Shown: positions 1 to 8,186 of the stretch, piece after piece
Position numbering within the stretch: position 1 is the first letter of the stretch
Layout: every line of letters starts with the position of its first letter
From: a virus
Lineage: Duplodnaviria > Caudoviricetes
IMG/VR virus record: IMGVR_UViG_3300008107_000634
Coordinates: 1,991 to 65,990 of that record
Reading direction: 5' to 3' (one strand)
DNA: 64,000 bases
Notes under the pieces: model-generated
What the model saw: only the letters and a program-made list of their open reading frames with translations
Database searches by the model: none
Told to the model about the DNA's origin: nothing
Translations under genes and position numbers: made by a program

Positions 1-71
1 TTGCGTTGATTTTCAATAGGTTAGCGGCGGGCCGGGGCCGGGTCTAACCTCTTGAAAAAACAAGAAAACCC

Positions 72-536
72 AGGGAAGGTTGCAAGCGTTCCGCCTCCCT
101 CATTCGGAACCATTTTACCTGTCTAGCTCAGGTTAGAGGTGCGTGGTGCTAGTAGTTACTTGCCAAGAACCCAATTTATACGGACTTGAACCGTTTGGCT
201 CACAAGGTTTTCGAGGCCTTGCTTTCACTACATCCACACTTGCAATTTGGTGACGGTTCCGACTGGCTACGGATAACGCATCAAGGCTAATGCCAATCTA
301 GCGTCGCTGTGGATTATTGCTCCATGCCGTCATAAGCTCTATTTATAGCTTTCGACTGAGTGCAGATCTATAGTAGGGTTGCCGCCCTAGTAATTCGCCC
401 TCGGCAAAGGACCGCATTTTCGTGCGTCCACACTCATTCGGAAGCTATAAACTCAATTTCCGGCTTTGTTACACGGACCCCAGAGCAAAAGCCGGAAACT
501 CTTGGGCCGGTGGCGCATAAAGGAGCTGCCTTCCCT
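72..536 (-). ncRNA. Large structured non-coding RNA (~465 nt), unassigned
   Basis: Terminal helix 529-536/72-79 (8 bp). Perfect internal helices 457-467/488-498 and 442-451/342-351, plus 251-256/327-332, 261-267/292-298, several hairpins and a TTCAAGT T-loop arm at 180-194. No credible ORF; own promoter. Confidence 0.75.
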
Positions 537-547
537 ATCGTTTTTAT

Positions 548-576
548 ATTCTATCAAGCCTCTCGCAACTCGTCAA
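548..576 (-). promoter_or_regulatory. sigma70-type promoter TTGACG-17-TAGAAT driving the large ncRNA
   Basis: Near-consensus -35/-10 with 17-bp spacer just upstream of the RNA 5' helix. A second promoter TTGCAG-17-TATAAC lies at 623-651. Confidence 0.75.
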
Positions 577-731
577 CTTCTTTTTTCATCTTGCTGCACC
601 CTCGGTGCCGCTCACAGGTCTAGTTATACCCCTGAACCCTGCTCCCTGCAACAACTATTTTTTGCGTGAGATATCAATGGGTTAGCGGCAGGCCGGGGCC
701 GGGGGCTAACCCCTTGACGGGGTTAGCTTTT

Positions 732-1421
732 TTAGGCCGGAAACAGTTCCCGAGGCACATCTTTAAGCTTGACACGCTCCTGCACCTTTTTCCACGGACG
801 GCTATGGAACTGGCTAGGATGATCCACAATCGGCAGCTTCTTCTTGCGACGAAGAACCTTTTCGAGAATCACCCTTTCGATTTGCGTGTCAGGAAACGCA
901 ATATGTGCTTCCTCGAACGCGGGCTGGCCTGTTTCATAGCGATAAACGCTTTGCGCCGTTGTGCGGACATTACCGGACGGGCTGACTTCTGCCGTGTAAC
1001 GCTTCGGGCAGTTTGTTGCCCACGCATCCCAGATATCGAGCAAATGGACTCGATGGTCGAGGAAACGCTTCTCCAGCATCTTCCAGCTAGTTTCCGCGAG
1101 GACTCGAGTATCGAAGGCAGCATTATAAGCGCAGAGAATAGGCTTGTTGCGTCCATCCAGAATCTCCTTTAGATGTGTGTTGAACCTTTCGCGGATTTCT
1201 GCGAAGGTAAGAGGCATGATCTCCCGGTTATAAGCCATGTCCCAATAACGGGCGACCTTCGACTTGTAAAAGGGATTGTCGAGGGCGAGAACATCCTTAG
1301 CGATGAAGGAGCCCTCCCCATAGACCTTGCCAGCACGATCAAAGCTAGTCCAGCCAAAATCAAAGACTAGACCGTTGCGCTTAGTCGTTTCGCAGTCCAT
1401 GACAACAAACACGGTTTTCAT
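732..1421 (-). CDS. DEDDh (DnaQ-like) 3'-5' exonuclease
   Basis: Motifs DCET, AYNAAFD and H-x4-D (HIAFPD); leaderless promoter TTGACT-16-TAGAGT at 1429-1456. Confidence 0.85.
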   Translation of the reverse strand: MKTVFVVMDCETTKRNGLVFDFGWTSFDRAGKVYGEGSFIAKDVLALDNPFYKSKVARYWDMAYNREIMPLTFAEIRERFNTHLKEILDGRNKPILCAYNAAFDTRVLAETSWKMLEKRFLDHRVHLLDIWDAWATNCPKRYTAEVSPSGNVRTTAQSVYRYETGQPAFEEAHIAFPDTQIERVILEKVLRRKKKLPIVDHPSQFHSRPWKKVQERVKLKDVPRELFPA

Positions 1422-1532
1422 GAGTCACACTCTACCATAACCATCGGCCTAGTCAACTATTTTTTTCTGTGTAGTTTCAAGGGGTTAGTCGCGGGCCCGG
1501 GCTCCGCCCTAAGCCATTGACATGGCTTAGGA

Positions 1533-1952
1533 TTACGTGAGCCGATACTTCTCGCGGAGGTAGGCATAGCACACTTTGAAGATCTTATTGTGCTTGTGGG
1601 TATGCTTCTTCATAACATGATCCACCATCCAATGTGCCAGTTCGTGAAGCAGGAGAACCCGTAGAAGACGATTAGAATCTTTTGAGGTATAGTTACCGAT
1701 TACCGGGCTAGAGCTGAACTTACGGTATTCCTCATACACCGAACCCTCTGGGATAGTTACCAGAATCTCATTAGCCTCGGGATCATAAACCCCAATGCAG
1801 TCCTTATCATCCCCGGGCAGCCTGTTGCCGCTATAGACTAGCACCACCGGAGGATCTAGCTTGTCGGCGTCAAGGACAAAATCTTCGGCAATGCCACAGA
1901 CGACTTCGTCGCTGATACGCTGCATGGTTTTGGTAATATTCTTGAGAAGCAT
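1533..1952 (-). CDS. SprT-like zinc metallopeptidase
   Basis: HELAH (HExxH) followed by H-x-H-N-K-I-F. Confidence 0.65.
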   Translation of the reverse strand: MLLKNITKTMQRISDEVVCGIAEDFVLDADKLDPPVVLVYSGNRLPGDDKDCIGVYDPEANEILVTIPEGSVYEEYRKFSSSPVIGNYTSKDSNRLLRVLLLHELAHWMVDHVMKKHTHKHNKIFKVCYAYLREKYRLT

Positions 1953-2094
1953 TCCTTACCTTATCATATGCTCGGGCCTTTAGCAAGCCGAAAACTTCAT
2001 TAGATATCAATGGGTTAGCGCCGGGCCGGGGCTCCGCGTTAACGTGTTGAAATCCCGCGGTTTTTAGCCGCGGGATTTTCCCTAGGTTGGAAGA

Positions 2095-2409
2095 TCAGCC
2101 GAGCAGACCGATCAGGCGGCCAATGGCCTCCTTGGTGGCACCCTCGAAGCCCTTCGGGTCGAAACCCTTGGACTCCACGGTCAGGAGCAGCTCCTTCTTG
2201 GAAGGCCCCTCCTCCTTAGCCTGCTTGACAGGCTTGTCGGGCGCGATGTAGAGTCCATCGCGAACCAGCTTGGCGCGAACGCTGCGGACGCTCTTATCGA
2301 GAGTCTTGGCGATCTCATCCAGACCGGCGTTGCCCTTCTCGGCATACAGGGAACGAAGCAGGCTGACCTGCTCGTCGGTGTAGTTCACTTTCTTCTGTGC
2401 GTTGCTCAT
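2095..2409 (-). CDS. T5 A2-like helix-turn-helix DNA-binding protein
   Basis: LDEIAKTLDKSVRSVRAKLVRDGLYIAPDKP resembles my recollection of the T5 A2 core (LKEIAK...SVRSKL...Y..SDKP). Followed by the hairpin AATCCCGCGG/CCGCGGGATT at 2051-2078. Confidence 0.6.
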   Translation of the reverse strand: MSNAQKKVNYTDEQVSLLRSLYAEKGNAGLDEIAKTLDKSVRSVRAKLVRDGLYIAPDKPVKQAKEEGPSKKELLLTVESKGFDPKGFEGATKEAIGRLIGLLG

Positions 2410-2514
2410 GTTGTGAATATACCCTCAGCCCGATCCGTTGTCTAGAGAAAAGAAACAGCCAAAATCAATGGGTTAGCCGCGGGCCGGGGCCGGGCCCTAA
2501 GCCCTTGAAAAGGC

Positions 2515-2757
2515 TTAGGTTTTTGCCCCGTAGTATTGAACCAGTCCGGCCCTAGTCCAGTTCCCGGCAATGGTCTTAGACTCGTCGTCAGAATCCAGCG
2601 TGTATTCCTTAACCTTCCAGAAAAGGTTAGGGTTCTGGAAATGCTGCCTTTGGTAGCTCTCCGCCTGCTCTACGCTAGAGAAAAAAAGTCGCTCCGCGTG
2701 GTAAGCAAAATCCCTAACATCCTCGGCGTCGAGAATTAAGAGTTCGTAAATCTTCAT
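2515..2757 (-). CDS. hypothetical protein
   Basis: 80-aa ORF; its stop codon lies in the hairpin arm of the 2465 repeat. Confidence 0.65.
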   Translation of the reverse strand: MKIYELLILDAEDVRDFAYHAERLFFSSVEQAESYQRQHFQNPNLFWKVKEYTLDSDDESKTIAGNWTRAGLVQYYGAKT

Positions 2758-2763
2758 TTTATA

Positions 2764-3234
2764 TTATCCTTTCATGGCAGCAAGCCGCCTGTTATGGTGG
2801 GTGGAATTGATTACGCGAACCCCGAGCGCGCGGATAGCTTCGATTACCGACAGGTTATCGTCGAACATAACGACCGACCGGAACTTGTCGAGCAGCGGCT
2901 TGATAAGCCCCGTTTTAAGCGCAGCGTCGGGCGTGTCAAAGTCACCCTTGATGCGATGAAGCATGATATCGTGATCCAGCCGATGGAACTTGAGATAATG
3001 CAGATCCATATCGTGCATGGTCCGCGAGGTGCAAACCGCGACCGTAGTATCGGGATCGCGATTAGCAAGTCGCATGGTGCGGGCCAAAGGCAGAAGCGTA
3101 TCACGAAACACGGTCTTGCGCGTCTTTAGCGCAAGAAACGCATGGACATCGACGCTACCATCCGGCAGACGAGGCGTCCGATGGTCAGAGTCGATAACGG
3201 TGCCGTCGAGGTCAAAGATGAATAGCTTTTTCAT
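2764..3234 (-). CDS. HAD-family phosphatase (polynucleotide kinase 3'-phosphatase-like)
   Basis: FDLDGT motif I, CTSR motif II, K and FDDN motif IV. Confidence 0.85.
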   Translation of the reverse strand: MKKLFIFDLDGTVIDSDHRTPRLPDGSVDVHAFLALKTRKTVFRDTLLPLARTMRLANRDPDTTVAVCTSRTMHDMDLHYLKFHRLDHDIMLHRIKGDFDTPDAALKTGLIKPLLDKFRSVVMFDDNLSVIEAIRALGVRVINSTHHNRRLAAMKG

Positions 3235-3339
3235 GGGGGGATCATATCACAATGGGCAGAGACTGCAAGCACAAAAAAGATGTTAGATTTCAAGGGGTTA
3301 GCCGCGGGCCGGGGCCGGGCCCTAAGCCATTGAAATGGC

Positions 3340-3519
3340 TTAGGTTTCCTCTGCCTCTTCGTCGCTAATTTCCTCGGCCTCGCTCATTAGCCAACCCTCT
3401 GCTACTCCCATAGCAGCCTCATAGGCCACTTCCTCAGCCTTTTCAAGGCTTTCAACCTCGATTACTTCCTCTGTCATGTCAACATTAAACAAGCCGAACT
3501 TGATCCTAAACTTAGGCAT
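3340..3519 (-). CDS. small acidic protein (59 aa)
   Basis: Manually translated MPKFRIKFG...EEISDEEAEET; ATG overlaps the upstream stop; not in the ORF track. Confidence 0.6.
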   Translation of the reverse strand: MPKFRIKFGLFNVDMTEEVIEVESLEKAEEVAYEAAMGVAEGWLMSEAEEISDEEAEET

Positions 3520-3724
3520 CCTCGTCCTCCTTGCCCCACATCTCCTTCCACTCTTCCTCGGTGACTCCAGTCATAAGGAATTCACGCTGCGCAGCCGTCA
3601 GGTTAGGCATAGCGTTCTGAATCATTGCGCCACGCTGCTGCCACTCATAGAGCTGCTCGTGGGTAACGGGGATGTCGAGAGTCCGGGTGATGCCGGACCA
3701 TTGAGACTGTCGAGTAATAAACAT
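3512..3724 (-). CDS. conserved phage hypothetical protein (MFITRQSQWSG...REFLMTG)
   Basis: AAGGAG RBS just 3' of tRNA-Lys places the start at 3724. Confidence 0.7.
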   Translation of the reverse strand: MFITRQSQWSGITRTLDIPVTHEQLYEWQQRGAMIQNAMPNLTAAQREFLMTGVTEEEWKEMWGKEDEDA

Positions 3725-3743
3725 TTTTTTCTCCTTTAGATTT

Positions 3744-3819
3744 TGGTGGGTGCCGTGGGGCACGATCCCACAACCCTCGATTTAAAAGACCGATGCTCTA
3801 CCAATTGAGCTAGGCACCC
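3744..3819 (-). tRNA. tRNA-Lys(UUU)
   Basis: Cloverleaf: acceptor GGGTGCC/GGCACCC, loop CT-TTT-AA, encoded CCA; atypical T-loop ATCGTGC. Confidence 0.9.
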
Positions 3820-4040
3820 ATGTGTGCGTTGAGGATACCTGCAAGATACATGATACCCGCAACAATTTCAATGAGTAGCAGGGCATTTTCGCGCATCTTT
3901 ATGGCAGCGTAGCCCCACAAGACGCAGCTAGCAAATCCCAGCCACAGGTTCAGAGGGAACCAGACATTGGCGCTAGTCAAACCGATACCGGCGAGAACTA
4001 GCCCTGTCCCTGCCCACTTGATTAGCGCCATCCAATTCAT
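3810..4040 (-). CDS. small membrane protein (about 3 TM helices)
   Basis: Hydrophobic 76-aa ORF; TAG stop lies inside tRNA-Lys. Confidence 0.7.
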   Translation of the reverse strand: MNWMALIKWAGTGLVLAGIGLTSANVWFPLNLWLGFASCVLWGYAAIKMRENALLLIEIVAGIMYLAGILNAHMGA

Positions 4041-4193
4041 GGAAGGATCTTACCATAACGGAGAGTTAGATCAACAAGAAAATTTGCAAGAGATATCAAG
4101 GGGTTAGGGGCGGGCCGGGGCCCAGCCCTAAGTGGTTGAAATTGCTGCCTTCCTAACCCAGCGGGAGAACCTCGGGCAGCGAGGTTTTAGAAT

Positions 4194-4270
4194 TGGTGGG
4201 CCGAGAGGGACTTGAACCCCCGACCAGACCGTTATGAGCGGCCCGCTCTAACCAACTGAGCTATCAGCCC
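4194..4270 (-). tRNA. tRNA with CAU anticodon, most likely Ile2 (lysidine-type)
   Basis: Cloverleaf, loop CT-CAT-AA, C4-G69 and an Ile-type body, encoded CCA. Confidence 0.88.
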
Positions 4271-4460
4271 CCACATCTTCAAGCCACTTCTCGATCCTGA
4301 GAACACCGCCGAAGCAGTCGATAGCCTTGTGGGAGTTCACCCACTCCGCATTCCTGCCCAGCCAGTTTGTGGCAAACGTCTTAGCCTCTTCGAGGCTGTT
4401 GAACTTACCCAGAACGTGCATACCGTCCATGCTCTCCGTCGTGACTTCATACACATACAT
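4248..4460 (-). CDS. hypothetical protein
   Basis: 70 aa with upstream AGGT RBS; stop lies in the D-loop of the CAU tRNA. Confidence 0.6.
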   Translation of the reverse strand: MYVYEVTTESMDGMHVLGKFNSLEEAKTFATNWLGRNAEWVNSHKAIDCFGGVLRIEKWLEDVGADSSVG

Positions 4461-4531
4461 CTACCTTAACTCCTCTTGGGGTTGCAGTTTTATACTGGTG
4501 AATATCATACAGCCTTGCAGCCGTTTTTGCA

Positions 4532-4690
4532 CTAATCAATTTCATACTCCGTAGAGAAATCTTCCTCATATCGACCCGCATAGATAGCCTCGGCTCGAGA
4601 CTCATAGGGGCCAATCAAGTTTCCACTAGGGTCGAACCAATACCACCCATCCGGTCGAAGTATGACATCAGGGTCTAGTGCGTTTCTCAT
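4532..4690 (-). CDS. small hypothetical protein (52 aa)
   Basis: Manual translation MRNALDPDVILRPDGWYWFDPSG..IGPY; promoter-like sequence upstream. Confidence 0.5.
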   Translation of the reverse strand: MRNALDPDVILRPDGWYWFDPSGNLIGPYESRAEAIYAGRYEEDFSTEYEID

Positions 4691-4799
4691 CTTGTAAACA
4701 TATTATCAGGGTCCGAGGCAGATGTCTAGAAGAAAAAAGATGTTAGATGTCAACAGGTTAGCGGCGGGCCGGGGCCGGGCGCTAAGCCCTTGAAAGGAC

Positions 4800-5090
4800 T
4801 TAGCTATTTGCTCGCTCGACAGCCTCACGCGGAGCCCAAGGATATGCTGTCCCTCGGAGGAAGCTCTTGATCCGGCGGCGAGTCCACATCAACTCCTTGG
4901 CGCTCTGACGCAGAGAACGGATAGTAATCTGGGCGAACCTGTCATCCGGGAAACGACGAAGGATAGCCTTGGTCGCTCGGATGCAGTTAGAGACCTCGTT
5001 GTAGTCGTTACGCCACTTGTCACGCTTCCTAATCCATTGGGAGTGGAGGCGACGGGTTTCTGCGGAAGCAATCGGAAAATCATTCATCAT
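4800..5090 (-). CDS. basic hypothetical protein
   Basis: 96 aa; stop lies in the hairpin arm of the 4750 repeat. Confidence 0.65.
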   Translation of the reverse strand: MMNDFPIASAETRRLHSQWIRKRDKWRNDYNEVSNCIRATKAILRRFPDDRFAQITIRSLRQSAKELMWTRRRIKSFLRGTAYPWAPREAVERANS

Positions 5091-5313
5091 GTGTCTACCT
5101 TACAGGTCTAATTGTTACTTGTCAATCACTTTTCTACCCGGTCGTCTAAATACTACCAGAGGTAGGCTTTGACAAGTGGCTGGCCCTATGCCCGCCTAGA
5201 AAGAAGGATACCATAGGTAGGGGTAGGGTCAAGACCAGAAATTGTTGTGTGGTTTCAAAGGGTTAGCGACGGGCCGGGGCCGGGGGCTAACCCCTTGACG
5301 GGGTTAGCTTTTT

Positions 5314-6057
5314 TCACCCATTGGCGAGACCGAGATCCCGCAGTTCCTTCTTGGAAAGTTGCAGCTTGCCGCTCCTGTAGAGGTCACCGATCTTGTCATG
5401 CCACTTGTCGGTGAAGATATCCTGTCGGGAGTAGGGGATGATGATGGTAACGATCTTGTCCCTCTCCATGCGGCGGATCTCCGTTCCGGTGACCTCGCCC
5501 CAAAGCACCTCATACCAGAGTCCGTCAACCTTTCGATATTCCGTTCCATCCTTGGCGACATGGATCTTGCTGGCCTCCTCGGCCGCCTTCTGATCCTTCC
5601 AGACCTTCCTCTCCTGCCGACGGGTCAGCTTCATCTTATTGCGAAGGAGGACGCCGGTAACCGGATGCACATACAGTCCGATGAAGCTGTTCTTCAGCAG
5701 GATGGGGGAGCGATACTTGTGGTAGATGACGACCTCGCCATCGACCATCGAGGTGCGGATCGCAACGAAGTCCTCGACATGATCCCTAACGTGCTGCTGC
5801 ACGGTGTTGTCGGCACGCAGGTTCTCGCAGATCTCGCTGTAAACCTTGTCCCAGAGCCGCCCGACACGACTCTCGATGAACCGGCGCAGCGGCGACAGAT
5901 TCTCGTTCAGCTCCTTGCCGCCCCAGTTACGGACATGGGGCGCGCGCATCCCCTCCTTGCTCGGAAGCAGATCGTGATCGGCCTTCCGACCCTTTCGAGT
6001 GCCGTAACCGCCTCGCCGGGGACGCTCCACCAGAACCTTGTTCATGTCTTTACGCAT
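5314..6057 (-). CDS. conserved hypothetical protein (MRKDMNKVLVERPRRGG...)
   Basis: 247 aa with GGAG RBS; fills the cassette between repeats 5255 and 6135. Confidence 0.75.
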   Translation of the reverse strand: MRKDMNKVLVERPRRGGYGTRKGRKADHDLLPSKEGMRAPHVRNWGGKELNENLSPLRRFIESRVGRLWDKVYSEICENLRADNTVQQHVRDHVEDFVAIRTSMVDGEVVIYHKYRSPILLKNSFIGLYVHPVTGVLLRNKMKLTRRQERKVWKDQKAAEEASKIHVAKDGTEYRKVDGLWYEVLWGEVTGTEIRRMERDKIVTIIIPYSRQDIFTDKWHDKIGDLYRSGKLQLSKKELRDLGLANG

Positions 6058-6341
6058 GGTTGCTCCTTCAAAACTTTATGCTGTGATCATATGCAGGAAC
6101 TAAGGACTTGTCCAGAAAAAATAAACGTGAGATTTCAATAGGTTAGCGACGGGCCGGGGCCGGGGGCTAACCCCTTGACGGGGTTAGCTTTTTTATCGCC
6201 TCCCTCGCATTAGAAGACGATTGTAGTCGCGGGCCGCGCGCTCGAACTCCCGGTCATAATGCGCCTTGCGATCAGGATCGTCCGACTGATTCGCCAGCGC
6301 CTTGTAGTGCTCGGCCACCTTGCGCTTCATTTCCAGTTCGC

Positions 6342-6538
6342 TCACTTTACTGCCCTCCAGAAGGAATTGAGAAACTCACTTGCCCTATCGAACTGCCCGG
6401 ACTCATAAAGGCTCTGCGCCTTATTGAAAACCCCGAACAGGTAGTCGAGACGCGGAGTCTCGAGTAGCGGATCGGCCATGAGATCCAGAAGGTCGTGTGC
6501 CATCTGAAGCTCGTCTCGCAGGGTTTCACGCGTCATAT
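6342..6538 (-). CDS. hypothetical protein (MTRETLRDELQ...)
   Basis: Part of a small operon; GGAG RBS in the preceding gene. Confidence 0.55.
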
Positions 6539-6696
6539 TCCTGCACCTCCTTGATGCTCTCGGCATTGATGTTCCACGCAAACAGGATATCCTGAACGCG
6601 CTCGCAGGCTGCACGGAAATCCTGCGCGAACACCATCTGCTTGTCCGTCGCGAGGGAGACGGGGTCCTTTTCGATCACAAACACAAACCGCTTCAT
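6526..6696 (-). CDS. small hypothetical protein (MKRFVFVIEKD...)
   Basis: GGAG RBS; promoter TTGCAT-16-TAAGAT upstream. Confidence 0.55.
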   Translation of the reverse strand: MKRFVFVIEKDPVSLATDKQMVFAQDFRAACERVQDILFAWNINAESIKEVQEYDA

Positions 6697-6832
6697 TTCG
6701 TTTCTCCGTTGTTGATAGGTGTATCTTACTCTAATCCGCGCACCATGCAAGCATTATTTTTGCGTTGAGTTTCAGAGGGTTAGCGGCGGGCCGGGGCCGG
6801 GGGCTAACCCCTTGACGGGGTTAGCGATTTCG

Positions 6833-7057
6833 CTACATGGCTTGTGGCGTGTTCACCATCGCCCACTCTAGCAACTCGATGCGATTACGCAGCTTCACCT
6901 CCAGCGCTGCGCTCACGCCCAGGAGGCGAGCCTGCTCCTTCACCTCAGCGCGGAGTCGCTTGATCTCCTGCGCCATATTCATCTCCGCTGCGGTGGGGCC
7001 TGCGTTCTCGGAGTCTCGTAGAACATCAACTTGAAATTCCCGGTAGATGTCGCTCAT
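6833..7057 (-). CDS. coiled-coil hypothetical protein (MSDIYREFQ...)
   Basis: GGAGG RBS before the inferred start. Confidence 0.55.
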   Translation of the reverse strand: MSDIYREFQVDVLRDSENAGPTAAEMNMAQEIKRLRAEVKEQARLLGVSAALEVKLRNRIELLEWAMVNTPQAM

Positions 7058-7209
7058 GGCTCGGCCTCCTTCTCCGCAACCTCGAACGCGTGCGAGCAAT
7101 ACTTACCGCAATAATCATCCTCAGACAAGCAAAGGCCTACATAAATCCCCGCAAGGAAAACAAGTACCAATACCCACAATATCGCCAACCCGATTGCAAC
7201 GATCATGGC

Positions 7210-7392
7210 TTAGTTCTCCTCCTCTAGACGCCCGTCGAGGGCAGGCTCGTTTTCCTCCCAGTAGGTAAAGAGGCTATTCATAGCCGCATTGACCTCTGCG
7301 AGCGTCTGGAACGTCACGCCGCGAGGACGATAGCCAAACGTGTCCTTGTAGAAGTCGGAGTATTCTGCCACAGCCTGCTCGAGATCCGTCAT
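7210..7392 (-). CDS. conserved small phage protein (YSDFYKDTFGYRPRG)
   Basis: AAGGAG RBS; promoter TTGACG-16-TAAATT at 7418-7445. Confidence 0.7.
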   Translation of the reverse strand: MTDLEQAVAEYSDFYKDTFGYRPRGVTFQTLAEVNAAMNSLFTYWEENEPALDGRLEEEN

Positions 7393-7516
7393 TGCTTGTC
7401 TCCTTTGTTGAGTTCTGAATTTATCATGTTCATCCTATGCGTCAACCACTAATTTTGAGCGAGATATCAATGGGTTAGCGGCGGGCCGGGGCCCGGGCCT
7501 AAGCCCTTGAAAGGGC

Positions 7517-7786
7517 TTAGGTTCCGTCGTCCACATCTCCCGAGTAGCCGTAGTCCTCGTCGGTTCCCCAGCCAGCCGAAGTCATCGCCGAGTCATGGTC
7601 ATCGTCCTTCGACTCATACATCTCGTCATCTTCGTCGTAATCGGACTCGAGGAACTCGTTACTCTTCGCCATTTCGGTGACCTCATCTTCCGACATCCAC
7701 AGGAGGCAGGCCTGGATCAGGGCGTCCTTGTCGATCGTCCCTTCCGCCACCATTTCGAGAAGCAAGGTCGTGTTCTTGCGAGGCAT
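7517..7786 (-). CDS. protein with an acidic C-terminus (DSAMTSAGWGTDEDYG)
   Basis: GGGAG RBS; stop lies in the hairpin arm of the 7467 repeat. Confidence 0.65.
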   Translation of the reverse strand: MPRKNTTLLLEMVAEGTIDKDALIQACLLWMSEDEVTEMAKSNEFLESDYDEDDEMYESKDDDHDSAMTSAGWGTDEDYGYSGDVDDGT

Positions 7787-7918
7787 ATCGTTCTCCCTTG
7801 TTGATGAGCACACTCTACACTATCCGCGCAGAGTTGCAACAACTATTTTTTCGTTGAATTTCAAAGGGTTAGCCGCTGGCTGGGGCTCCGCCCTAAGCCC
7901 TTGATATGGCTTAGTTTT

Positions 7919-7994
7919 TGGTAGAGCGTAGGGGATTCGAACCCCTGTCAACGGAGTGAAGTTCCGCTATCCTAGGCCACTAGACGAACGCTCC
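7919..7994 (-). tRNA. tRNA-Glu(UUC) with non-canonical anticodon loop
   Basis: Glu-type body (GTCTAGTGGCCTAGGA...AGGGGTTCGAATCCCCT), stem GCGGA/TCCGT, loop AC-TTC-AC, encoded CCA. Confidence 0.85.
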
Positions 7995-8003
7995 ATAAGT
8001 ATT

Positions 8004-8181
8004 GGGGGCCTCACGTTTGCAACCGTGAGGCCTAACCGACGTTCCCCCAGGCAGGACTAGGCCTTCCATATGAAGGGTACTACCTGCATTTCCACAGTTT
8101 ACAGCGTCTTACTTAGACGACTGGGGCACCAGTTGCGAAGACGTCTTCGCCGGGGTCGGCAGGGCTTTCGCCCGCCCAAAT
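8004..8181 (-). ncRNA. Structured RNA, copy B of a tandem pair (unassigned)
   Basis: Shares identical 44-nt and 36-nt ends with copy A; internal stems show compensatory changes. Confidence 0.7.
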
Positions 8182-8186
8182 GTAGT

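Noticed and set aside
180-235. Stand-alone tRNA-Ser(CGA)
   Set aside because: T-arm and anticodon-like arm are present but there is no acceptor stem or CCA; treated as a subdomain of the large RNA.
674-728. Telomere-like GGGTTAG/CTAACCC words
   Set aside because: Single, non-tandem occurrences explained by the N4-TTAG part of the IHF-like site; many copies differ.
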